A DNA stretch of 51,332 nucleotides, the filler included, from Catajapyx aquilonaris (lineage: Eukaryota), in assembly GCA_000934665.2 (NCBI GenBank). It is 3 parts of 3 records of this genome, joined end to end, with 100 filler letters (N's around TTAATTAATTAA, not from the genome) between each part and the next. Parts side by side here need not be neighbours in the genome. Positions count along the whole stretch, not along the records: positions 1 to 16,964 come from JYFJ02007072.1; 2 more parts are not named here. One strand, written 5' to 3'. Shown one piece after another: positions 1 through 11,122 of this stretch. How positions within the stretch are numbered: the first letter of the stretch is position 1; each line of letters starts with the position of its first letter. The notes beneath the pieces were generated by a model that was not told the origin of the DNA, made no database searches, and saw nothing but the letters and a program-made list of their open reading frames with translations. Position numbers and translations under genes: made by a program.

Positions 1-96
1 AATCTACGGCCTAAAAGACCCCATTGTGCAAAATTTCAAGCAAATCGGATGATATTTCGGGTTTTGTCCACCATTTTCGCAATCCGCCACACTGTG
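1..96. mobile_element. Terminus of a DNA transposon with CACAGTG end (Transib-like), truncated by the window edge
   Basis: Ends ...CCGCCACACTGTG (rc CACAGTGTGG), preceded by TE-like subterminal sequence TGTGCAAAATTTCAAGCAAATCGG; partner TIR is not in the window. Confidence 0.35.
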
Positions 97-625
97 CATG
101 GTGGTATTCCACCCCCCAATCCCGCCCCCTGAGAAGTACCCTTAACTTGCATAATTCACAATTCCTGATCTGCCATTATATTTCTCACCCCAAGAAACTG
201 CTAATAAGTACCAAAAATCTCGACGATAGCACTAACGATAGCTTCCTCAGGTACTTTCATAAATTGTTCAATTTTTGACATTTTGACCCCAGTATCTCAA
301 AAACCCTTGAGATCGGTAGGGTACTTTCTTTATAGTAGGTAAGGAACCGGAAAAAATATATTTTGAACATGAAGTTCATGTAGCACTTTGCCAGGTTCCC
401 TTGTTAGCCAGACAGGAAATCTGTAGGACACTCATATGACTTGGTGCCTAGGTATTTTTCACTAAAACTGACATTATGCAATCCTCAGACAGAACAGCCA
501 CAGCAGCAACAGTATCTTGCAAATTTTACTTTGCATAGTTCAGGCAGCCTTTGGGAACCACAGGAAACACCAAATCATGGCATAGACCAATTGACCAAAT
601 TGGGTTGCATTAGCATCAGCATATA

Positions 626-1785
626 CCAGGCGTGTCCAGAAAGTCAGTTCAGTTTTTTTTATTAGAAAACCCACAATGCACCCCCAGAATTTTTATTTAC
701 ACATTAGAAATCGACAAATGTCTACTTTTTTTCAAAATAGTTTCCAGCGAAATTTGGGCATTTTTCATTGAGTTACACAATATTTTGTATGCCTATGTCA
801 TAGAAGTCTGCGGCCAGCCATTTCCGCAATCCCTGAAAGCTGGGTTGCAACTCGTCGTCATCCATCAACCTTCTGCTTTGCAAGCCATTTCTCCCTGTCC
901 ATGAACAGGTGGTAATCGCTATGTTCTAAATCACAGGCGTTCAAAAAATTCCTACTCGAATTGTTGCGGCAGGGGTCCAGTAATAATAATATGTGGTAAT
1001 GTGCTTTCGCCCCCACATGGGGGCATATTGCACAGACCTTTATTTGGTGAAGGTACATTCCGGCGCCTATTGTTTGAAGCGCCCTGGCCCACGGGCAGGA
1101 TGACAGAAGGGGATGTGCAAGGTGCAGTGCTATGTCCTTGTGTGACCATTTTTAGTGAACTCACCGGGGTGGTTTGTCTTAACGAAAATACCAACCGAGA
1201 CGAAGCCAGAGGTGACGGCAGGGTTCCATTAAGCAAGGCAGTACGCAGGGGGGCATTGTCGCACAAAAAAACACTCTGAAACTCAACATGCTGCTACGTT
1301 TGTTCAACTCAAAGGTTTACTGTGAGACATTACAGAAGTTAAGGATGGCAATTCACAAGGAATGTATTGATATATTGAGTTTCAGGGTGTTTTCTTGCGT
1401 GACAATGCCCCCCTGCATACTGCCTTGCTTACTGGAACCCTGCCACAACAATTCGATTAGGAATTTTTCGATCATCTGGGATTTAGAACATAGCGATTAC
1501 CACCTGTCCATGGACAGGGAGAAATGGCTTGCAAAGCAGAAGGTTGACAATGATGACGAGTTGCAATCCAGCGTTCAGGGATCGCAAAAATGGCCGGCGG
1601 CACACTTCTATGACATAGGCATACAAAATATTGTGTAACTCAATGAAAAATGCCCAAATTTCGCTAGAAAATATTTTGAAATCAAAGTAGACATTTGTCG
1701 ATTTCTGATGTGTAAATAAAAATTCTGGGGGTGCACTGCGGTTTTCCTAATAAAAACACAGAACTTACTTTCTGGACACTCCTCG
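626..1785. mobile_element. Large foldback MITE (Tc1/mariner-type, TA flanks), interrupted by a SINE
   Basis: TA|CCAGGCGTGTCCAGAAAG...CTTTCTGGACACTCCTCG|TA. Left arm 626-983 plus 1233-1289 is an inverted copy of right arm 1371-1785, with about 80 nt spacer. Confidence 0.85.
984..1216 (-). mobile_element. 5'-truncated SINE (family D) inserted in the foldback arm
   Basis: Homologous to part of 37496-37829; (ATT)n tail on the minus strand; about 16-bp TSD GGCAGGGGTCCAGTAA (968-983) / GGCAGGGTTCCATTAA (1217-1232). Confidence 0.85.
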
Positions 1786-1868
1786 TATAGACACAGCTTC
1801 AATAATAATTCTTTTCAAAATTAATCCTCTTGAACAAGATGTTTACTGTGTGTGTCACACAAATACGT

Positions 1869-2046
1869 ATGTATGATTGGATTGGCCATGGCCATGTTAT
1901 ACAAGGTCCTCCTAGTAGGTAGTGCAAATTTTGACCACATCGTACAGGCCACTACATCACAAAATTCCACACAAAAATGCTGATTCTTGATGGTCACGAT
2001 CACCCACCAAGTGAAGGGACAATACAGATAGCAAGATTGAATTAAA
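1869..2046 (+). pseudogene. Decayed pogo/Tigger-type DDE_1 transposase fragment
   Basis: Across frameshifts and stops it reads DWI...FDHIVQATTSQNSTQK/MLILDGHDHPPSEGTIQIARLN, matching the pogo pattern GW(M/I)...F.HF...LLILDGHxSH.S.E.I..AR.N. Confidence 0.5.
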
Positions 2047-3183
2047 GTAGGTCTTTTGACAATCAAGACAGAACGTTTGCCTCGGATAAGCCAGAGTTGA
2101 CTGGGAATAATCAAATTCATTTTTGAATTGTACACTCAACAAAGTAAGTAGCTTTCCTGTAATTAGTGGTGGCTTAAGTTTGTCCAATGACTTTTTGCAA
2201 CGGTTGTTTTTCTAGTAGACACTATCAAACACCCACACACCTAAATCTTAGCAACCAAGTAAAGGTGTGCCCCACAATTTCCTACTTACTTGCTATGATG
2301 CTTTAAAATAATCACAACTGCAAGATCGCAGTCATTATCTCAGTTCGCTGTGAACTTACTTTGTAACTAAAAGTTCTACTTTAGTCGGCACCATCATGCA
2401 CTTTTACATGAAAAATCTTTTGACTGACAAAAATTGGTGCTGTACTCCCCAACACTGATCCTCCCCAAGATACTCCCCAACACTTGCATGCACAACAACA
2501 CACCATGCAGGGTGAAAATCTCATCACTGGTCTTCTACTGACATTAACATTATATCAGGTACATTGTCAAAAAATGATTTATTTTAATAAAAACAAAGTT
2601 TAAGGCATATTACCAAATATGTACAAGTTGCAATTTTGATAGATGCCCAGCAAATCCGACTATGAACTTTTCTGGTGAACCATGTGACAGGGATGTTGAT
2701 ATTTTGACTTCTCCAAGAAGATAATTATGGGCTAGTTGAGCAACTGTGAGAAATGTGACTGTTTCAATACCACTCCAGCAAATGAAAGAGCTCTGCATTA
2801 GACCACAGTCTGTATTATCCTCCTACAATTCAGCATATATTACACCAGTTTAGGCCGGGTGCAAACAGGGGACTTGGAGGGAGACAACTTGGGAGCCAAT
2901 GTCCAAGTGCACTGGGAGGCTCCGCCTGCAAGTTGATAGGTTTCTTGCATGCAAGCTAAAACTTTGGGGGAATCCCGAATGCGACACACCTGCCCTCTAG
3001 CAGGGGTCATGTTAATGTGACTTATTTAAATCGAACTTTTTAAAAAGCCTCTAAGAATGTTTTGATACATTAGATGTGTAGGTTAATTGAATGAAGCTTA
3101 AATGAAGAATGTAACAGAACTGTCCTTTTCTTTGTACCTATTCTTAATCAAGAGTTATGAATTTTCTAAGTAACAAATTCTCA

Positions 3184-3393
3184 ACTCTTTCCCCGCCGTG
3201 TCCGTCCTCAACGAACAATTTCCGACAAAAATTGAGAATTTTTTGGAAAAGAGATTATAATCATAAATGATTTCGGTTTTCGGCATATTCACAATCCAAA
3301 AACGCAGAATTCAACACAAAAATCACATGCTCAAGTGCTTTGTCGGACTTTTTCGGATGATGTCATCTTCCGGGGGCCATATTGGAAAGAGTT
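3184..3393. mobile_element. Degenerate small TIR element
   Basis: Terminal inverted repeat AACTCTTTCC...GGAAAGAGTT plus internal inverted TCCGACAAA/TTTGTCGGA. Confidence 0.4.
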
Positions 3394-3637
3394 CTATGCG
3401 CAGCCACAGAGATTGTATGAATTCCAGCTCAATTCTGGGACTTTAGAAATGATTGAGATCGGATTGTAAGCTATAATTTGCATATAAGCATTCTTTGAAC
3501 CCGTAAATTTCACCTCTACATTTTTTCCGACCAGCAAGTAGATGCGTAGAAATAGTTATAGCTATTAGGCTACGCACGGCCTAGAACATGGGAGCTGCGT
3601 AGTAGATCTGGTGGGAGCAGTGTGATTCAAATGATAT

Positions 3638-3927
3638 GTTTTAATTTATAATTTATAATTTAATTTAATCATACCCCGTGCTGGAGCCTTTGGCTCCTTT
3701 AGGGGGGTGGATTACCACCATTGGATGGGACCAGGGATAGGGAAAGAAGTTAGCGGCTGTGGCCTATTTTTACGGAAACGACCCCGGAATTGTCCTGGGG
3801 GGGGGGGNNNNNNNNCATGGAAAACCACAGAAAGCCATGGTCAGGTCGCCGGCCCCTGGATTCAAACCCAGGACCTCCCGATTAGCAGGCGGGCTCCTTA
3901 TCCCCTACACCAACCTGCTTCGGTCGG
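3638..3927 (-). mobile_element. tRNA-derived SINE family A
   Basis: Reverse-complement homologue of 3996-4290; AT-rich tail; 12-bp TSD TTCAAATGATAT (3626-3637 / 3928-3939); small N gap at 3808-3815. Confidence 0.85.
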
Positions 3928-3995
3928 TTCAAATGATATACGCGGCATGGGGCTAACACATCGCCTTGGTGAGATATTGAATTTAAAAAAAAAAA

Positions 3996-4290
3996 CCGAA
4001 GCAGGTTGGCATAGTGGATAAGGCGTCCGACTGCTAATCGGGAGGTCCTAGGTTCGAATCCCGGGGCCGGCAACTCTGACCGTGGGTTTCTGTGGTTTCC
4101 CACGGTCCTTCCAGGAAAATTCCGGAGTTGTTTCCTAAAATAATAGGCCACAGCCGCTTCCTTCCGTCCCTATCCTATCCCAAAAAGCGCAGTAAAATGA
4201 AAGCAAAGAGTTCCAGGCAAAACAAAAACTTCCCCCCTAAAGAGCCGATAGGCTGATAACGGGGTATGAATTATTATTATTATTATTATT
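3996..4290 (+). mobile_element. tRNA-derived SINE family A, full length (tRNA-Ser(GCT)-like head)
   Basis: A box TGGCATAGTGG, anticodon-like arm CGACTGCTAATCG, B box GGTTCGAATCC, body ...GGCCACAGCCGCTTCCTTCC, (ATT)n tail; TSD-like ATTGAATTT(T)AAAAAAAA on both sides. Confidence 0.9.
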
Positions 4291-6609
4291 GAATTTTAAA
4301 AAAAATATTATTAAGTCAAGCAGTGTTGCAGTAGCGGCCACGCCATGGCAGTTTAAGAGTTAAAGCAGCCATAACCAGGACAATGGCCCTATCTACGTAA
4401 TAAAGAGTCTGCAGGGTTTTAATGACATGGCCACCAGAATAACGTGTGTAGTTTCTGCTACAATTTTTGTTAATTTTCATTCAGGCACTTGCCAACAGCC
4501 AAAAGTGGGCCTAAGGTACACGCCAGGGTGCCAAAGAGTTGAGATGCCATGTGGCTTCAAAATTATAATTATGAGCCCTCTGGGTATTCAGGCCCTTCCT
4601 TGGGGGAAACAGCAATCCCTATGTTGCCCTAACGGTAATGTTTAACCATCCTGTAAACATGTTCAAGAGGTGCTTAGTTACAGGGGCCAGGCTTGGGAAG
4701 GATTTCCCTGCCATACTGGTGGAGTCAAGTGGGACTATAGGGTCATTCTCACGTGCCACAGGGATCATGATCCCGACAAAAGCGATTGGGGTGTTCCCAC
4801 ATGCCCTTCCTCCACCCGAATGCGTTTACGAAGGTGACTGTGGCAGCCCTCTTGTAGATGTTGACTGCCAGGTTCCGAGTCGCGATCCTGACGTCACTCC
4901 CCCCTACGGACCGGTTCTTAGCCGAGCAACATGGCTGCTCTCTGCTTGGCCCCGTCTGCCCCCTCGCTCTGCGGGCAGCCGGGACCTGTGTAATAATGTA
5001 GATAGCATGCCTCCATGCTATTACAGCCAGGCCTATTGTAGGGTCACCTGTGCCTTTGGCCAGGAGCCGAAGCGAGAGTCATTTTTTCGCCAGGCAGGAG
5101 GGCGTGCTTCCAGACCTATCCACCGAAAATCACGAAAAGTACGTGGCTCGTGGAAACAGTCACCAAACCATTCTGAATTTGCCCCTCAGAAACATGGTTC
5201 AAGATCGAGATTTTGTGGCATGTGGAAATGACCCTTACATTATGACTAGATCTTCTCCCAGATGGGAAGGTTCCCACCAATACATATGAAGAGCTGTATT
5301 TCATTTCTGATAACATGTGGGGGTTTTCCAGTTTAGAACTGGTCCAAATGAGCTGGCAGCCAGAGGGCTAAATAACAACTAATGCAAATCCACAGCCCCC
5401 ATTTCAACTCTGGGTCATGTGTTCAAAAAAGAAAGGAGACTTCCCCATGCAAGCTTAGGCTGCAGCACAGTCACATTTTTCTGCTCAGCTGATCCAGTCC
5501 TTGAAGCAAGACAAAATTTTAACTCCACTGATGATACACCAGAAGGAAAATCAGTCTCCTGGTTTGTTGTACAGTCACTGTGCAACAAATTCACCAGTCT
5601 CTATACGCATCTTGAGCCACAATCACTACATGTCAGTCGTTACCTTATGAATCAAACTGTTGCAGGAATTCTGAGTAACATACCTAGCAAATGTTCCCTT
5701 GTCTGTGGTGATGAGTCTTGTGAACCTCAGATTGGCTGGCAGCACACCTCTTGAAGGCAAGGCTACCAACGAAGCTCCAGGTTGAACTGTGTAAGTAAGC
5801 GTACTCGAAGAGTGGGCAATGGACGGTTCCACAGTTGGCAACATGGAAGAACTCCGTAGTAACACAGGTTGGCCTCGACCTCCGATTGCCCTGCCAGCAC
5901 CTGCAAGGAGTTCTTCTCTCAATACAGATATAAAGAAAAATGACAAGGGGAAGGAAAATGCTCTCTTGCTGCAACTAGTGTAGGTATTGCTTCCAACTGT
6001 TTTTTGGTAATACTAGCAAAATACTGGTAATACTAGTCATACACTACATGAATGTTTCTATTTCACACTCCATGCAGATCTCATCTGGAATAAGGCCCTT
6101 TTTGTACTGCATCATCATCCACTGTGTACCTTCTTGGATAGCAAATGTAATGTACAGAATGGTTCTTACTAGTACTCATTAAGCCAGTGGCCAAAACAAG
6201 CACAAAATGTATGGATGTGATACGCTGAAGCACCAGCCAAGAGCATCCTTAGACACACACGGCAATCAATATTAAAGCTTGTAACAAGATTGTCAGGCAG
6301 ATTGACAACCAATTTCTCAAACAGTATTTTACCCTGGTCTGCAGTTTAAACTTTGTTATAAACGCCTTCCAAAACAATTTTCATTTCTTCTTCTTCTTCA
6401 AAAGTCAATTCAGTGCATCTTGTAAGCTTCAATATTGTAATGATGGTTGCCAAATATGTATTAGCATCACCCACATATTTGTAACCTATGTCATCACTGA
6501 TTGTGCCTCAACATTTCATGCCTCTACATTTTGCACTTACATAGGCTCAAAGAGTCCACTGGTGGCCAGATGACCCACTATACTAAGATACCTTGTATTT
6601 TTCCTGGAA

Positions 6610-7273
6610 GAAGTAGGCCTTACTGGTGTGTGGGAGGCGGCAGGGTGAGTAGGGCGGCGGGACGCAGCTTGGCTGTGTCGCAAAGGCAAGGATGCAAGTA
6701 TTGATTTTTTGTATTTTGGAAGTGGTATGCTGTACCAACCTAACCTAACCAAGCCTAACCTTCCTTCCTTGTGGATACAGACCTATCTTCAGCCGATACA
6801 GACCTATATTCAGCGGATAGGGAAAGGCGCGGTGGCCGAGATGGTAACGTCTCGGCTTGCTGAGCGGAAGGTCTAGAGTTCGATCCCCGCCTGAGATTTC
6901 CCTTCCACCTGCGTCAGTGGGTCTCTGCCCACGCCTAAGAAGGCGTCTTCTTAGCCTTCTGGGGAACTGCACATGACCCATTTCCAACATTGCACTCGCA
7001 CCTGTGTCCCATCCCCAAAAATCCCTATCCTTACCCCTTTTCCTTGCTTCCCTGCACGGAAAACGAAGAAAAAGTATGAAATACTAGAAAACCGATGGTG
7101 GTAGGCCACCCCCCTATAATGACTTACAGTTGTATCACGGGGCAAAATAAATAAAATAATTTTAAAAAATCAGCGGATACACGCCTATTTTTTATCCTTG
7201 CCTTTGCGACACAGCGTGCTGCCCCCGCCGACTACTACCCTCCCGCCTTTCGCGCGCCAATAGGACCTACTCC
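6610..7273. mobile_element. TIR element/MITE inserted in the Gypsy RNase H region, itself carrying a SINE
   Basis: Imperfect inverted arms GAAGTAGGCC...GCTGTGTCGCAAAGGCAAGGAT / ATCCTTGCCTTTGCGACACAGC...GGACCTACTCC; internal (AACCT)n and short GATACAGACCTAT repeats. Confidence 0.65.
6820..7169 (+). mobile_element. tRNA-derived SINE family B, full length
   Basis: A box TGGCCGAGATGG, B box GAGTTCGATCC, A-rich tail, 10-bp TSD TCAGCGGATA (6810-6819 / 7170-7179). Confidence 0.88.
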
Positions 7274-7623
7274 AACCTTTTTCCTTGCATGCCTCTCATG
7301 TGGCAAGCCATCATGGAAAACCATGAAAGTGCCCAAGGCAACAGTGCGAGTTCACCTGTTGTCATATTGACTGTCCGACTTTTTGGATAACATGTCACAA
7401 CGTTAAGGTCAAATACATTAAGAATCTCAAGATTGCTGAGATGCGCAATGTATCTGACCTGATGAAATCAACTCTTAAGACTATGTTGTAGTATACCTAG
7501 ATGCCAGTAGACACTTCCCAGTACTCAAAATCAAAGCCTGCTTATGTCACTGATGAGGAAACAACATCCCCCATCCAAAAGCCACATTTTCTTGAACTCA
7601 TCCATATTCAACTAGGAATGTTA

Positions 7624-7755
7624 GTATCAACAGTGCAAAAAGAACTGTCCCAGTCATCCTGACGTGTGGGCTGGCCGCTCGACACACACCATGTAAGTTA
7701 CATGGTGTGTGTCACATCAGGATGACTGGGACAGTTCTTTTTGAACTGATGATAC
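7624..7755. repeat. Short palindromic element (probable MITE) within the Gypsy RT region
   Basis: AAAAAGAACTGTCCCAGTCATCCTGA / TCAGGATGACTGGGACAGTTCTTTTT arms plus a perfect inner 16-bp hairpin GACACACACCATGTAA-G-TTACATGGTGTGTGTC. Confidence 0.75.
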
Positions 7756-8661
7756 AAGAGTAAAAGACCTAAACTGTGTCAATGGACCCTGGTTTGGGAG
7801 TTAACAAGAAATTTCAGTTTTGGGGAGGTGTATCATTAGCCTATGAGCAGGAGTAGATATGCAAACAGCCTGTTGGCAATACAGTTTGGCCAAGCTGATA
7901 GGGCCAACAGCTACTCAGGACATGAAATTCCTTTTCTACTTTTTAATGATGAACTGGCTGATCCTTAAATCACTCATAACTCCCAAACCAAGGCCCATTG
8001 GTTTATAGTTCTAGAAACTTTCTCTCTTGTACACTACCAAAACAAATTGCCTTGTACTCCCACAAGCAGCGCTATGTGCGGGCACGGGTGGAAGCATGCT
8101 TGAATAAACTCGCACATGCTTCCACCTGTGCATGCATTGATGCTGCTTGCAGGGAGCAAGACAATTTTTTCCAGAGTGTACCAACACTCGCCGCTGAATG
8201 TGACTGATTTCAAAAAAACTGGGCTTGGACAATGCATACCATTTCCTGGTAATGTGACAGGCCTGACGTTTTGAACACATATTGGCATCCCCTTCACACA
8301 TCCACATGAGAGAAAATATTTAATATAGAAATGAATAAAAGGCAGCTGTCCTAGGTTTACTGTATATGAAGAACTGCTGAATAAGAATGAAAAGGTCACC
8401 TTGATTTCTCACCCGTAAGAGGAATGTGATACCAATTCCTGCGTCAATAGTTATACTGATTCCAACCTGCACTTTGCCCACTAGCAAGATAGGTTGTGTT
8501 ATAAAGTGGGTGTAAGAAGTGGGAAGGAACTGAGAGGGTTGTAGGGATAGCTGCATGGATTGCTGGGATGCAACAGGTGGCATTTAGCCTCACGCACCTG
8601 TGCCTTGTTCGCAGGGTATGGCATCATTAATTTCTATGCAATGACAATTTTTTTTCTGCTA

Positions 8662-8848
8662 CCAAGTGGGTAACCACTTCGTGGAACTGGTGTACAGGGT
8701 CCCAGTGGAACTGGCCTGGAACTGGGTGGAACCGGGTTTTCCCGGATCCAAGACGGTTCCAGGCTGCTGGAACCGGCTTAGAACAGGGTGGAACCAGGCG
8801 GTTCCAGGAACTGGTGTACACTTTTTTGGGGAGTGGTTACCCCCTTGG
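8662..8848. mobile_element. MITE with internal GGAAC(C/T) repeats
   Basis: TIR CCAAGTGGGTAACCACT / AGTGGTTACCCCCTTGG; many GGAACC/GGAACT units in both orientations. Confidence 0.6.
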
Positions 8849-9251
8849 CTGTAGCTACCTAGAGAAGAAAACTAGCAGGTAATTTGCCATTGAAAGAATA
8901 TGTTAAAACATTTCTTATGTGATGAAATTCACAAGTATATTGCCAACCAGAAAGCCAATTTTGTTTCAGGAACCATTATGTCTGGTCCAAAAGGTACAGC
9001 TTTCAACTGTGCCACATATAACTGCCACTTGATTTTAATGGGATGACTTGAAAAGAAGTTTGTCAGGAATCATGAATAACATTCACAAAATACTGTTGAT
9101 AAGACTTGACCAAGCAGACCACAAACACTTTTAAACGGGATGTATATCCTCAATTTTCAAATTTTCCTCTCTACAGTAAAAAGAGATAGACCTACTTAGC
9201 AAGAATTAGGTATCTCACACCCAGAACTGGTGAAATAAGGTAATCTACTTA

Positions 9252-9376
9252 GGGCCGGTTTCACCGAGCTTGGTATATGATAAAACCAGGTTTCTTTAGG
9301 AAAATCCATACAAATAGATAGGGATTTTGAGAAATACCCTGGTTTTATCATATACTGAGCTCGGTGAAACCGGCCC
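9252..9376. mobile_element. PIF/Harbinger-type (Tourist-like) MITE, 125 bp, copy 1
   Basis: TTA TSDs (9249-9251, 9377-9379); about 39-bp TIR starting GGGCCGGTTTCACCGAGCT; exact reverse complement of 21658-21782. Confidence 0.9.
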
Positions 9377-9475
9377 TTAGAGAGTTGACATAGGGGTCAA
9401 CAATTCCAACCTCAGCAGTAATTTTTCAGCTCTTCATAACTTTCATCTAGAAAATATTTAATTACTATGTACTAA

Positions 9476-10141
9476 CAAGGGACATACCGCGGGTGATGAT
9501 GACGGATCCTGATGAAACTGAACATGCTAACCAAGGACAATATATGATAACCAAATAGAGAAATATCTCGGGCTGAAACCCATATTTGCAAAAGTTACGT
9601 GTTCAAGAGACAAAAATGGTACATTTCCATACACAATGGTATTAAGTTAGCGACCACATATAATGACATTGAAGGGTGTAATCAGTTTTATTGTACCAAA
9701 TACACATTATTCAACTGTCATACAAAATGCACCATTCACCACACCAATAGAGTTCTGCTTTGACAACTTAGTGAGTGACAAGTGTGCTACATGTGATGAG
9801 ATGAGCTTCTTTTGTTGTGCACATTGCAATATTTGTTTCTGAATCAACCATGCAATAAAAAGTGAATTGAACGTGTAAATAAATTGCATGAAAGTTAAAT
9901 AATGTGTATTTGGTACAATAAGACTGGTTACAAACTTCAATGTCATTATAGGTGGCCGCTAACATAATCCCATTGTGTATGGAAATATACCGTTTTTGTA
10001 TCTTTAACACATCTTAACTTTTGCAAACATGGGTTTCAGTCCGAGATATTTCATTTTTGGTTATCATACAGTATATTATCCTGGGGTTAGCATGTTCAGT
10101 TTCATCCAGATCTGTCAGTATCACCCACGATATGTTCCTTG
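9476..10141. mobile_element. Old foldback MITE with about 250-bp diverged arms
   Basis: 9476-~9728 is an imperfect inverted copy of ~9882-10141 (e.g. GATGAAACTGAACATGCTAACC / GGTTAGCATGTTCAGTTTCATC; TTATTGTACCAAATACACATTATT / AATAATGTGTATTTGGTACAATAA). Confidence 0.8.
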
Positions 10142-11122
10142 TACGTAATACAAACATCAGTGACAAGTAATCATAAGTTGCAATCATGAAGTGTGGTGAA
10201 ATAGTATCACAATCTGGGGAGCATATGAAGGCAGACTTTAGGAATGAAATGTGCAGCAGACGTTTCTGCTGTCACAGCCTCACCTTATTTTTCATCTACA
10301 AATCTGAGATGTATTTTTTTTATGGCAGTGCAATGAGTACCAGAGGCTTCAAGTGTTACAATCCAAGACCTTCCCACCAAGTATAAAAGCAGCACTTCAG
10401 CACTGACCCAACTATGCCAGTGTATAACAGTACAGAAGGCAAAGCTTGCCTTCCACAATGTTTTCCGTACACAGTAAATTACCATATTCGCTTGTGATTT
10501 GTAACCCTACTGTACTAGTTTCTGTTAATACTCACACCACATGCCAACTTGCACTACCAAACAAACTGCATTATTAACACAAGACAAGCAGCGGTAAGCC
10601 TGCACCATGCACTTATAATGGCTACAAAAAATTTCTGCTTGCCAGAATTGCCCCAGATTATTCCACATGTAAGTACTCTCATGACTGCATCAACTAAAAG
10701 CCATCCAGGTTCCCAATTACAACTAGAGCATTATCCCAGTTAAAATTATAGAACCACATTGCCAGATAATTTGGCTGAATAAGTTTCAAACAAAAAAAAG
10801 AAACATCATGAGGTGAGACATTTTGGCAGCACTATTACAAGTTCAGGCAAGTTGTCCTAGATAAATGGTAGGAAAACAGGCAGCAGGTAATCACATTATT
10901 CAAGCCCTTTGTAACTATAAAGAGTGGAAGCCATACAAACACTACTTGCAAGAAACATGAGACTAACTAGGTTGCAACAAAACACACTTAATATTTGGAC
11001 AGAAGGTGGAAGTATGTCACATGGTCCAATCACATACATCCTTCAATGTTGTTTATATTCCTGTCTTGCAACGTAACACTTACACAAGGCAGCATTCATC
11101 TGGGCAACATACTACCATTATA

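Larger units (their letters stand above)
5150..8655 (-). mobile_element. Highly decayed Ty3/Gypsy LTR-retrotransposon pol (protease-RT-RNase H-integrase) with nested insertions
   Basis: Colinear degenerate motifs across frames. Protease: IEINDAIPCEQGTGA (8637-8593, cf. DTGA) and LQPS..SYT..QPILLVGKVQV. RT: VYS..PPV....GSTR...YK (about 8110-8020), RLFAYLLLLIG (7871-7839), KCGFWMGDVV (about 7590-7560), LGILQH. RNase H: ALGTFMVFHDG..ER (about 7340-7290), IVGHLATSGLFEP (6582-6543), DIGYKYVGDAN. Integrase Zn region: VHSG..MECEIETFM*C (about 6137-6045). Integrase core: SDCG (about 5625), GSAEQKNVTVL (5495-5463), LLSFLNT*P..G...LLFS. Confidence 0.7.

Noticed and set aside
2610..2822. Minus-strand 71-codon frame that looks like a terminal exon (AG acceptor, TAA, downstream AATAAA)
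   Set aside because: Weak polypyrimidine tract, no recognisable protein similarity, no upstream exons found, and it lies among TE debris.
3996..4075. tRNA-Ser(GCT) gene
   Set aside because: No long variable arm or proper acceptor stem; it continues into a SINE body, tail and TSD. The same applies to the heads at 6820, 12069, 37829 and 39878.
4638..5231. 197-aa ORF containing GDCGSPL, like a 3C-like viral cysteine protease (endogenous viral element)
   Set aside because: No downstream hydrophobic-G-x-H motif, no convincing catalytic His/Asp upstream and no adjacent RdRp/helicase; probably chance. A blastx search would settle it.
5683..5901. Apparent minus-strand exon (CAG|G...AG|GTATGT; GAGRAIGG...KGTFAR)
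   Set aside because: It falls inside the Gypsy integrase relic (LITTD fits the integrase L+++D strand), and no coherent multi-exon gene can be built.
6170..6510. hAT transposase CxxH-like motif (CACFGHWLN)
   Set aside because: The position between RNase H and integrase Zn-region motifs is better explained as part of the colinear Gypsy pol.
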